This document shows positions 38,447 to 49,957 of a stretch of 64,000 bases of DNA, one piece after another; the first letter of the stretch is position 1, and each line of letters starts with the position of its first letter. The notes under the pieces are model-generated. The model worked only from the letters and a program-made list of their open reading frames with translations, was not told the origin of the DNA and did no database searches. Origin of the DNA: Chrysemys picta bellii (lineage: Eukaryota); contig NC_088791.1 of NCBI RefSeq assembly GCF_011386835.1, forward strand, positions 207,328,001 through 207,392,000. The letters are read 5' to 3'. A program made the position numbers and the translations under genes.

Positions 38447-39317
38447 ATAGAATCATAGAAATGTAGGGCTGCAAGGGACCACAAGAGGTCATCTAGTTCA
38501 GACCCCTGTATAGAGACAGAACCAAGTAAACCTAGACCATCCCTGACAGGTATTTGCCTAACCTGTTCTTAAAAACAATGGATGGGGATTCCACAACCTC
38601 CCTTGAAGCATATTCCAGAGCCTAACTACCTTATAGTTAGAATTTTTTTCCTAATATCTAATCTAAATCTCCCTTGCTGCACATTTAGACCCATTAGTTC
38701 TTGTCCTACCTACAGTAGACATGAAGAAGAATTTCACTGTCCTCTTTATAATGGCCCTTAACATATTTAAACTGTTATTAGGTCCCCGCTCAGTTGTCTT
38801 TTCTCAAGACTAAACATACTCAGTTATTTTACCCTTTCTTAATTTTTCACAATAGGTCAGGTTTTCTAAACCTTTTATCAGTTTTGTTGCTATCCTTTGG
38901 ACTCTCTCCAATTTGTCCATATCTTTCTTAAAGTATGATACCTAAAACTGGACACCATACTCCAGCTGAGGCCTTTCCAGTGCTGAGTAGTGAAGGACAA
39001 CTACCTCCCATGTCTTACATACACCCTAGAATTATATTAGCTTTTTTTGCAATTGCATCACATGATTGACTCATATTCAGTTTGTGGTTCACTATAATCC
39101 CTAGATCCTTTTCAGCAGTACTACCATTTACCCAGTTATTCCCTATTTTGTAGCTGTGCATTTGATTTTTCCTGCATAAGTATAGTACTTTGCCCTTGTC
39201 TTTATTGAATATCATCATGTTGATTTCAAACCAATTCTCAATATGTCAGGGTCATCTTGAATTCTAATCCTGTCTCCAAAGTGGTTACAACCACTCCCAG
39301 CTCGGTGTCATCTGCAG
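38447..39317 (-). mobile_element. 5'-truncated CR1 LINE (RT C-terminus and 3' tail)
   Basis: Tail reads ATAGAATCATAGAA on the + strand. ORF 39015..39218 FNKDKGKVLYLCRKNQMHSYKIG...EKDLGIIVNHKLNMSQ; ADDT motif at the 5' break (about 39301-39317). Confidence 0.9.
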
Positions 39318-40289
39318 ATGATAATATCCTGTGTATAGTCTCTATAATTTCTTTTGTCTCATAGCCTTCTGTGGTAAACTTTTCAGCTATTTCCAACACC
39401 TATTTTTTTTCTTCTGTTATTTTCAGTTGACTCCTCTACCCCAATAGACAAACTAACAATAAAGCAGAACTTTTCAGTTATAAGGTGCTTGTAACATAAT
39501 ATTCTTGTCTATTTTCTCCACATATGTTTCCACAGATGAAAACATTAGAATTTTCCCAAATGGTTTAATCTAAGAGGCGTGTTGAACCAGTGAATTAGTC
39601 TGGATTGTTTCTGTGATTTAATTACAGAATTTGAAATCGCACTGTGGGTTCTTCAAATCTTCCATATATATTTTACCGTATGATGGTAGATTTGTGCTCA
39701 TTTTGTTACATACTTTTGGGGGGGGGAAAGGTCTTTATTAAAAGTTGAATATTTCTTACACACTAGGCTCATCTCTGGACATTTATCTGAGCTAGTAGAA
39801 GTAAATGTCAAATCTCCCCCACGCTTGTCTGCTCTCTCTTTATTTATTTATTCCCAAATGCTAGGATGAAAAAGCAATTTCCTTATCTGCAATGTTATCA
39901 ATTAGTTTATCCAGACTTTAGCTATAAAAACAAAACAAAAACCAGTAATGCTGAGAAGGTCCATTTGGCTGCTAAACGCGAAAGAATTTGGCTTATATTG
40001 GACACATTACTTGCTGTAAGATTTTATATTGCATTAGCTTGATCAGTGAAGTAAGTTTAACTTGGCACTATATTCTGTGTAATGCCAACTTTTAGCTGAG
40101 TGAATTAATTGCACTTTTATTTAGATGAGGTGTAAGCAAATGGAGTGTTGGGCGCAATACCAATGTTACATATCTTCAGTTTGTGAGTTGGATACAATGA
40201 AGAGTGCGGTCATTTGCTGCTGTTTATAAGTCTACCTCTCTGTTCCTCTTCATAATTCAAATCTATCTATGTATCCTAAGGAGACAGCA

Positions 40290-40364
40290 TCGTATGTGGG
40301 GCAGCATTGTTGCCTAGTGAATAGAGCACTGGATTGGGAGTCAGGAGACCTGGGTTCTACTCCT
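40290..40364 (+). mobile_element. tRNA-derived SINE head (MIR/CORE-like), cut by an LTR insertion
   Basis: A-box-like TTGCCTAGTGAA and B-box-like GGGTTCTACTCC in GCCTAGTGAATAGAGCACTGGATTGGGAGTCAGGAGACCTGGGTTCTACTCC. Confidence 0.65.
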
Positions 40365-41440
40365 TGTCACAGTTTCAGGGTAACTGCATCTGTATCTCTC
40401 CTCCCACACCCTCTTGTGGTCACTCCAGGAGTGTCCAGTCACATCTCTGGTCTCCAGTCATCACATTAGTTTCTGAGTGGACGGTTTTAAGGTTGCACAG
40501 CCCCCTGCCTTACTCTGTGATATCCCCAGCAGGCTGACTGTCTAAAGGCCAGCACCTGTGCTTTTCTTTCTCTCTGAGGGCTATGAACAGTGTATTACCA
40601 GCAGTTACAAGATGCCACCCAGCTCCTTCAAAGCAAGCACATCTATTCTTAAGTGTTATAGCAAAAACCTGTAAAAATAATAAATGTTCCCATACACATG
40701 CTAAAAGCTTACCAGAGGTCACCATTAGTCTTATGGGGCCCTAGTAGGCCAAAGTCTTTCCAATCCTTCTGCAAGGTTGAGGCCCTGTCCATTTGCTAGA
40801 TCAAAAAAGAAGGCCCTGAATCAATTGAAACCCAGACTTTTTAATATCACCCCCCCCTTCTTTTTTTTGTCTATTGGTCTCTGGAAAACCCAGATGGAGC
40901 CAATACATGCAAATCACTCTAGGGAGTGGTACTTCTCTGGAGTTGGTTTACAACCTAAGTGATTCACCTTTATCACTGCCCACTCTTCTTGATTCCTAGG
41001 GGAGCTGTGATAATGCTTCCCCATGGAGCCGCATACAATCCCTGGCCCACAGCCGCACACAGACTTAAAGAACATGGTCCTGTGGTGCTTCTTGGGAAAC
41101 CCAGGGCTGAGAGTCATCTTATTGCCACCTGCCTGCAGCACTAGGGAGTCTTGCCTGTGCCAGCTGGGTGTTAGCTCCCTAGCACCACCACCAGCCTTTC
41201 AGCCACTCAAGCACCCGTCTGGCTATACCAGCCCTGCCTTTACCCTGTAGGTTGACAATAGAGGCACCTAACCCCAGTCTCTTCAAAGTGCCCCCCTGTG
41301 GTCTCCAGCTCCTGATCAATGGATACTTACTGAAGTTCCAGATTCTGTGTTCATGAAGCACCCGCTCTCATTAAGGTACTTCCTCAGTGAATGGATCTCC
41401 AACCTGTAATTCATTGAATCAGTCTTTTGTCTTTATTCAC
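40365..41440 (-). mobile_element. Solo LTR, antisense (right boundary uncertain, possibly nested elements)
   Basis: Starts TGTCACAG; about 40518-40610 is reverse-complement similar to 3248-3332; about 40630-40720 resembles about 27985-28090. Confidence 0.5.
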
Positions 41441-42113
41441 AGCCAGATGATCCCCTTGCTGTCCTATCATTCACTTTTCACTTCCAGCTGCTTATGGTGT
41501 GTATAGTTAGTCTTTGGTTTTCCATTGACTTTCCTGGGTTGGTGCAAATGGGGAACAATGCTGCAATACATTACATAACCAGGGAGGGGGACAACTCCCT
41601 CCCATTTGAATGGGCCATCACTGGGACATGTTATTCCCTGGTGACTCACTTTCACTCCAAAGGCATAAATTTCAGCATAGTTACGTTATTCCTTAAATAT
41701 TACCCGAATACACATCTCACAAGGATCAGTAATTTGCTAGCCTTCATAGATAAATACCATAAAAGTGGCATGTTAGGTGCAGTGAGTTTGGCAGGTCTGA
41801 GCCAGGAGTGGCTTGTAAAGAATGCTGAACCTTTTGCCAGTTAGCAACAATGGTTTTGTCACAGGTCCCCAAAGATACTGCATGTGGTTGCAATATCTGT
41901 CGCATGTCTCTCTCGCTATTCAGACATGTATATGTTGTGCCCTTGTATCTGATGCTGATGTAACACTATTGTATCTTCTTAACTATAACTACATACAATT
42001 TAAATAGTTTGGGTTTTTTATTAGATGTTGGCTCCAAAAATTGATGCATACTGTGCAGCATTTCAATCACCTGCACCACAGGGTATAGCCATAATTGAGA
42101 GGAATACATCTAT

Positions 42114-42985
42114 TTCATAGATTCATAGATTCTAGGACTGGAAGGGACCTCGAGAGGTCATTGAGTCCAGTTCCCTGCCCACATGGCAGGACCAAATACT
42201 GTCTAGACCATCCCTGATAGACATTTATCTAACCTACTCTTAAATATCTCCAGAGATGGAGATTCCACAACCTCCCTAGGCAATTTATTCCAGTGTTTAA
42301 CCACCCTGACAGTTAGGAACTTTTTCCTAATGTCCAACCTAGACCTCCCTTGCTGCAGTTTAAACCCATTGCTTCTTGTTCTATCCTTAGAGGCTAAGGT
42401 GAACACGTTTTCTCCCTCCTCCTTATGACACCCTTTTAGATACCTGAAAACTGCTATCATGTCCCCTCTCAGTCTTCTCTTTTCCAAACTAAACAAACCC
42501 AATTCCTTCAGCCTTCCTTCATAGGTCATGTTCTCAAGACCTTTAATCATTCTTGTTGCTCTTCTCTGGACCCTTTCCAATTTCTCCATATCTTTCTTGA
42601 AATGCGATGCCCAGAACTGGACACAATACTCCAGCTGAGGCCTAACCAGAGCAGAGTAGAGCGGAAGAATGACTTCTCGTGTCTTGCTCACAACACACCT
42701 GTTAATACATCCCAGAATCATGTTTGCTTTTTTTGCAACAGCATCACACTGTTGACTCATATTTAGCTTGCGGTCCACTATAACCCCTAGATCCCTTTCT
42801 GCCGTACTCCTTCCTAGAGAGTCTCTTCCCATTCTGTATGTGTGAAACTGATTTTTTCTTCCTAAGTGGAGCACTTTGCATTTGTCTTTGTTAAACTTCA
42901 TCCTGTTTACCTCAGACCATTTCTCCAATTTGTCCAGATCATTTTGAATTATGACCCTGTCCTCCAAAGCAGTTGCAATCCCTCC
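42114..42985 (-). mobile_element. Young 5'-truncated CR1 LINE with an uninterrupted ORF2 C-terminal frame
   Basis: Tail TCATAGAT repeats on the + strand. About 260 stop-free codons: LEKWSEVNRMKFNKDKCKVLHLGRKN...ERDLGVIVDRKLNMSQQC...LEYCVQFW...LERVQRRATRMI...LFSLEKRRLRGDMI...FLTVRVVKHWNKLP. Confidence 0.95.
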
Positions 42986-45900
42986 TTTCAATTTTTTTTT
43001 TTTTTTTGGCACTAGTTGTGACAATGCTATGCCTTTCACAGCAGCAGTTGTACAACTCATCCAGCCCTTTTTATAGGTAAATCTAAACTATTTTAAAATT
43101 ACTTGCAAGTGCAATGCAAATGCATCTGAAGTTGGGATGTAATGCTGGTATATTCAAATGAGGCTCATAAGGTTAGGTGCCAAACTTTCATTGAACGGCA
43201 ATGAGTGTTGGGTCCCTAAATGCAACGGGCCGCTTTGAAAATCTCAGTATAAATCATTATCGGGTGAAAGGAAGCTACCAAGTTTTCTTCCCTGTTTTAA
43301 ACTTGTAAAACAACTGAATCAGAGTCCATTGAGTTATGGACTGAGGTTTGTAAGAAATATATGAGAGTCCTGGGGTATCGGCTCACTCAGTAAGTAATCA
43401 GGATTTGTGACAGTCAGTTTGCTCTGCATATTTACAGACAGTACTGACCTTTGAAAGGTCAGACTGCTTAACTGTACTGATAGTCAAAGTGCCAGGGTTT
43501 TGTCAGTTGATTTGATGAAATGCAGACCATATACTGTACTCTCTCTCATTCAGCAGACTTTCTGGGATATATTTTCATGGTATCTTTACTGTTATCAATG
43601 ACTACATCTTGACTAGAGATGAATCTGAACTGCAAAATTCACATCTGGTGGTAAATATCGAATACTCCCTCATCCCAAACTTTGGAGGCATTTGTATCTG
43701 AGGTATGGGATTGTGTGTGGGGGTTTAACTGTCCTGAGAAATTATACTTTACTTTTAATCATGTTAAGTTCTTATCTGAGTTAGATGCAATAATGCTATA
43801 TCATATATCAAAATGGACATATATCAAAAACTCATCTGAACCTCTTGGCTTGAAATGTCACAAAAGTAGGTGAGATATGAAGTAGTTCAGGTTTTCAGCT
43901 ATGCTGGAAAGACCACAAGAACATTATTTTCTCTTCCTGTTCTGGAAATACACAGTCCCATGAAAGTATGTGGGTGTGAGTGGGAAGGAAGTTAATCAGA
44001 CGTATTTGAAGCTAAAACAAGATTTGGGTTGAGTTTGAATTATGTGTAAAGCCTTTGGATGGCTCTTTTTCCAACCGTCTGTGACAGAGCGCTAGCTGTA
44101 GCACCTTGTTCACTTGGCTAATTGCATAGCAGAGAAGATTACAGGCTTTATTGGAGACAATTAATCTGTTAAGGTGAGAGTGTTGACTGGGCTAGGAGAT
44201 AATTAACTTAACAAGGGAAAATATATAATTGGCAGGAATAGGAAGTGAGGAGATAGCTCAGAGCCTGACCTGGGTGTTGTAGAGAAAGTTGGGTAGAAGG
44301 CTCCTCCTGACACATGCCTGCACTATGCTCTGTGATGTTGGGAATCTAAAGATTAAAAATCCACATACAGAAAAGGAATGGCCTGTGTGTATATTGTGAG
44401 TAAGAGACCATCCAAATGGGCCAGGCAACATAGCCCACCAGGTAGCAAAGGCAGCGCCTTATGATTCCTAATCGAGAACTAATTGAGGTAAGTTTGTGAA
44501 AGTATGTATACGTGTATGCTTTTGTACAAAGGATAATATAGTAAAGTGTACAAAACTCTGTGGTGTTTGGTAATTATTACACTTAGTATGGTAAGTGCTT
44601 GTTTGCTAGGAATCAGCCTAAATGTCTCAGGAAAATAATCTATACAAATATTTTCTTCATAAAATAATTTCTTAAAATGTAAAATGAAATGGGTTGGCCT
44701 GATGGTCAAGCAGAAGGATGCACATGCTGCCATGTGGGAGATCAGAGATTAGAGCCTGGGGCTCACATTTTCAGGCCAGCAATATGGAGGGAAATACTTC
44801 GTGTCATGCCCAAGTGACTCCTCTCCACTCCAAAGTTTGGGCAACCATGACTTGCTTGAAAAGAGAGCCATTAAAATGTATGGAATCTAGGGATCGGTTA
44901 AGTGAGGCAATCAGAAGGATCAAGTGAGATTTCCCTGAAATTATACCTGAAAAATAACGCAAGTGCAATGAAAATTGGGAAATGACAAAAAAAAAAATAT
45001 AGAATATACCCACTATATTTCTCTTTAAGAAATGAAGACCTTATGGAACACAAGAAAAAATAATTCTACAGAAGATTGTGACACTGTGATTACCTTATTG
45101 CATATTCTTACATGTATGTTTTGATATAGAGTATTTTAGAATAGCAATAGACATTGTGGCCACTGTATTCAGAAGTGACTTGAAAGTTTGGATGCCTCAG
45201 TTTTTGGTGCTCAACTTGAGACAGTGTCAAGAGGCCTGATTTGTTTAGAGGATGGTGCTTAGCACATTGATTTGTTACCTCAGCTTGTTTTATAGCAAGT
45301 TAAATGACCTTTGGGTGATGTGATGAGGCATCCAGTTCCAACTATCCTGATGAATGTATCTCTAATCAGAAATTATTTTAAATGATGAATATTGCTTCAT
45401 AGTTTAGTTTTAACTCTGTTTGTAAACTTAGATTTTTAGCACTTTTAGCAGCATTGGATCAGTGGGGACAAAAGACTAAAACATTCTTATAAACTAGTTT
45501 CTAGAATGTGATGTTTTGCAAATCACTTGCAAAAATTACCATAATAAGCTTCTATTGTTTCCCATGAAAATCTTCCACATTCTTCAGATCTCACTTTCCA
45601 AAAGAATTAAATGAATTTGTAAACTCAGGGGTGATATGCAGATCTGTCATTAATATAAATGGAATTTACATATGTAGATGGAGGGGAGTCTAGCCATATT
45701 GTTAGAACAGAAAACTGAAAATAGCTGAGTATTTACTGTGTGAATTTCTTGGTTAGTGAATATTTTTGTAGTGGGAATCTTTGTGTTTTATTTTAATCTT
45801 TAGTTTCCTATCTCCGTCTCTGACTTGTTTCCTCCCTTTTTCTATTTCGTAACTTAGTTGACATGACAAGTTTTGCAGAAGTTGATACGTGATCTATGTC

Positions 45901-46539
45901 TACGACAGTTTACACAGTAGTAATAGACTTTTATACCGATGGTCCATTTTGTATTGCTGTTCATCTCTGTTTCGGTGACAGCTATCTACATATTCTGATG
46001 TTATTTCTGCAGTCTCTGTCTCTCACGTTTTTCATCCTAAGTTTTACAGAGTTTTCTTCCTTTTTTAACAGAAAGTCCATTGCTATGCCTGATACCAAGT
46101 ATCTTTCTTGTAGTTTGTATTTTGTTCAGTGAAGTAGAAAGCATCTCTCATTTTAAATGTCTATTCTGTGACAATGATCAGGAAGCCAGTCTACCTTTGG
46201 TTTCCAATATGTTTTGTGTCTCCAGTTTGTATTCTGGTGATATGCTGCTAATACTTTGATGAGGGGATCCCACAAAAATATTCCCTTGTCTGTCATAAAC
46301 CATATGTACAATACAAGTGGAATAGGGGGATGTTTGCAGACAGCAGGGGTGAGGCACTGGGGAAGCTATTAATTTGTTCTCCCCATTTAAAACAAAATAT
46401 AAATCTAAGGAAGGAGGCAGCACTACTGGACAAATGGAATTGTATATGATAAGAATGTTGGTACTTATAGGAAATATACAGAGCTACAGTAATCTAACAC
46501 GATGGACAGGTTGTGTCAGTTGACACACGTTTGAAGTAC

Positions 46540-46577
46540 GTGTGTGTGTACGTGTGTGTGTGTATGTGTGTGTGTGT
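46540..46577. repeat. Interrupted (GT)n microsatellite
   Basis: gtgtgtgtgtacgtgtgtgtgtgtatgtgtgtgtgtgt. Confidence 0.9.
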
Positions 46578-47852
46578 AGAGGGAGAAGGGACAGATTGGA
46601 GGGGGTCTGCGTGAATCCTTTCCTAGCAATGTTTAACACTTGACACTTGGTGCATTCTGGCTTTCTGTTCCAAAGGTAACAAAAAACCAAAACACAAAAA
46701 AACAAAAAAAAACCCTCTTCTTCAGAAATATATTTTATTATCTCAGGGATGAGTCCCTAATGACAAGGATGATTTAGTAGTATCCAGAGAGTGAGTGAAC
46801 TAAATTCAGTACAATCACCCTAATGCTCCATTCAGTTTGGTGCAGAATTTTAAGAAGTGGTTCTCTCAAGCCACCAAGTGTCCCCTCCAGCACATTACTG
46901 GTATAAATCACTAATGCTGTGTATGATGAGTGTCTTTCTGTCTTTTGCCCGTTAGATTGTAGTAAGGTAATTTGTCAGCGTGGTCCATCTGCGAAAGTAA
47001 AAGCATGTTAGCAAACTAGGTTTTTTTCATAGTTTTGGAACTGCTCTTTTCAGTAGTTCAATTCTCTGTTTTCATAGGGTTTGTCCTAGAGTCTTAGACA
47101 ATTCACTTTTTTTTAAAGAGTTTGTGTAATGATTTTGAATGTTAGAGTTGTTGAGACTTGAAAATGCTACTGTATAGAATTAGAGTATGCATTTATCACA
47201 ATTTTTGTTTCAGGTCCTTTAGAGATTTGAATAGAGGGGGAATGTAAGTTGCTCTGACATGGAACAAGAAACTGACTTATTTTGTTTGGATTATCAGCAG
47301 AAATGGTCTTCTGTTGTAGAACTACTGTTGGCATACTTCTTGTGTAAACATTATCTTTCCATTCCGTACAGCCTGTAGTGATGAAAGCTTTCATATCCAT
47401 AAAGTTATATGCATTGAATTGCATTATTGAATAATTCTAGCATTGGGTTTATCCATCCAAAGGTTGGGGGAGATGAACATTTTCAATATTAATGTTTATT
47501 GGTTCAGTCAGTTAGGATTTCTAATGATGCCGAAAGAATGAAATAGTGACATTTTCACACAATGGAATTTCTATACAGAGAACATGCAAGTGAATATTGG
47601 CTTTGTTTGTTTGAGAGCTATGGCTAGTTTAAAATGCAATTATACTTTACCTTCATTATAACATGACCGAAAGAAGGTTTATGCTGAAAGATTAGTGTTA
47701 TAAAAAATGTAATTAGGGATTTTCTCTGGGATAGGTCAAATTACTAAAGCCCGTGGCATTCAGCTAGTTCAGAGTGCCTTTCAGGGAAAATAAAATAGAT
47801 TTAGAACACCAGACAGTGTCTCAGGAAGAGAATTTAAACTGATTTGTTGAAT

Positions 47853-48012
47853 GTCTCAGGGGCCTGGGTATGTGAAATGGAACCTTTTACTGCTGGGTCA
47901 GTCATCTGGTGGCTATTTTGTGGTTTATTAAATTAGTTGGTGGTCTGACTCCATTCCTCAGAGAGCTTGCATGTACATCACACATACATAAAAATGCTTT
48001 TTGTCAGTCTCA
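47853..48012 (+). mobile_element. LF-SINE fragment (internally deleted)
   Basis: GTCTCAGGGG...AACCTTTTACTGCTGGGTCA and CATCTGGTGGCTATTTTGTGG...AAATTAGTTGGTGGTCTGACTCCATTCCT...ACATCACA match my recollection of the LF-SINE consensus (GGCTCAGGGG...GAGCCTTTCACCTCTAGGTCA; CATCTGACGGCTGTTCGGTGG...GAAATGAGTTGGTGGTCTCAGTCCAGTTCCT). Confidence 0.65.
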
Positions 48013-48476
48013 AATCATGCATCAAATGGACATGGAAACTATGTTCTCACCCAAAAGAGGCACGTTTTGGTGGCAATTTTGAAGAGTGCATTGCTGTTGT
48101 TTATGTTGTACCTATTCTGTGAATAAATAAGGATGTAAGCTTACAAAGCTGCCCATCCTGCACTTCTCATAACACTTGTGGAACCATGCTATTCCAAGGA
48201 TAAAGAAATCCTAATTCTTGGCCTGGTTGTGCTTGCAACCCATTTAACTAAATTTGTCAATTACTTTTTATGATTGCTGCATGGAAATACAATTGAGTTA
48301 AATGGAACTACTGAGTTATAAGCACTATACTTGTACATAAGTTTTTTTTTGTTAGTTTTTCATGTTTTATATTTAATACATCATCCACTTCCAACAGCAT
48401 AGTGTTGCTAACTTCATGAGAGTAAGTCATTAGGAGTTATGTGAAATAGTTGGTTGGACTTAGACTCTGATCGTGT

Positions 48477-48558
48477 AAGTTGATCTGTGCAGACAGAGCC
48501 CATCTGTCTTCATTGGGGTTCAGGGTGCTCATAAGAATCCATCTGCACAGATCAGCTT
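48477..48558. repeat. Short palindromic MITE-like element
   Basis: 17-bp inverted arms AAGTTGATCTGTGCAGA / TCTGCACAGATCAGCTT (1 mismatch) around a CTTCATTGGG core. Confidence 0.55.
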
Positions 48559-49034
48559 GAAGGATCAAGATTAATGAGTATAAAAAACATTACATTAAAT
48601 TTATATTTTTGTGCAAACTCTGTAAACAGTGTACATAGTTTTGCTACTGAGATTAAATTTCCTAATATTTTTGATGCCTGATGTTAAGATCACCTAAGAA
48701 TGTTGTACGGGTGTAATATGAAGCCAAAAAGATAATCCTCTTCACTGATTTTGTGAAACCGTGAATATTTAGATCATGTTGTTGTTTTCCAACTGAGGGG
48801 ATGCAGAAGTTCAATTTTACAAGAGAAATTATGAAAAGCAGTTGTATCAAATCCAATAATTTTAGGTAAAATACTTGCAGAAGTTTTTCAAAAACGGAAG
48901 GAAAGTAATCATGTGGTGGTGGTTTTTTCACTTAGGTAAAATTTAGGTGATAATACGCTTTTCTCATTTTGATTTGTAACAAAGTGAAGCAAAAATGGAA
49001 TGTTACTTTTCATGGATAACAAAGCAATATCTTA

Positions 49035-49319
49035 GGCTTGGTCTACACTAAACGCCCAAATCAAACTAAGGTACGCAACTTCAGCTACGTGAATAACGTA
49101 GCTGAAGTCGACGTACCTTAGTTCGAACTTACCGCGGTCCAGACCCAGCAGGCAGGCTCCCCCGTCGACTCCGCGTACTCCTCGCGGCGAGCAGGATTAC
49201 CGGAGTCGACGGGGAGCACTTCTGAGTTCGATTTATCGCGTCCAGACAAGATGCGATAAATCGAACCCAGAAGTTCGATTGCCTGCCGCCGAACCAGCGC
49301 GGTAAGTATAGACAAGCCC
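49035..49319. mobile_element. Young Harbinger/PIF-type MITE
   Basis: TTA TSD at 49032-49034 and 49320-49322; imperfect TIRs GGCTTGGTCTACAC / GTATAGACAAGCCC; CpG-rich with several internal hairpins. Confidence 0.88.
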
Positions 49320-49935
49320 TTAGTCAAATTCAGAAAAAGCTAGGAAAGTATGTGCATGACCCTGAAAATGTCAATTGCACATAACCGATGATTTGTAGTT
49401 CCTCTTGTATCTCGCTTGAACACTTTCAGCTGATTGATGCATGATGGAATAGAATTAGTTTGAACAGGAACACCTACCTTATATGAAATGATGTCTATAC
49501 TCCATTTTAATAGAGCAGTTACAGAAAATGTGTTCCTGATTGTTCAGTGTATTTGTGCTGCAACCTTTTAATCAGAAAAGAACACTTTGTATCATATGCT
49601 TAGAAAAATATGAGCCCCATAGAACATAATGAATTGCAGTAACTGTTTGTAGGAAAGCAGGAGTACAAAGGTAATGCTTCTGATACTCAGGATACACCAC
49701 TGGAGTTCCATTGCTGAGATATTTCCAAACATGGCAATGGAACTGAGGAAGAGAGATTCTGGAGTGCTATGTTTATTTACAGAGATATTGAAATTAGAGA
49801 GAACCCCCAAAATGCTTGTAAGTTTGTATAAGGGAGGGGTATTCTGGAATTTTCCCCTTAAACAACAGTGCAAATACTGGGACGATAGGGCAAAATAGTC
49901 TCCTCCTATAACCCAAATATTAGTTTGACAACTTT

Positions 49936-49957
49936 TCTCTCTCTCTCTCTCTCTCTC
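49936..49957. repeat. (TC)n microsatellite
   Basis: tctctctctctctctctctctc. Confidence 0.9.
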
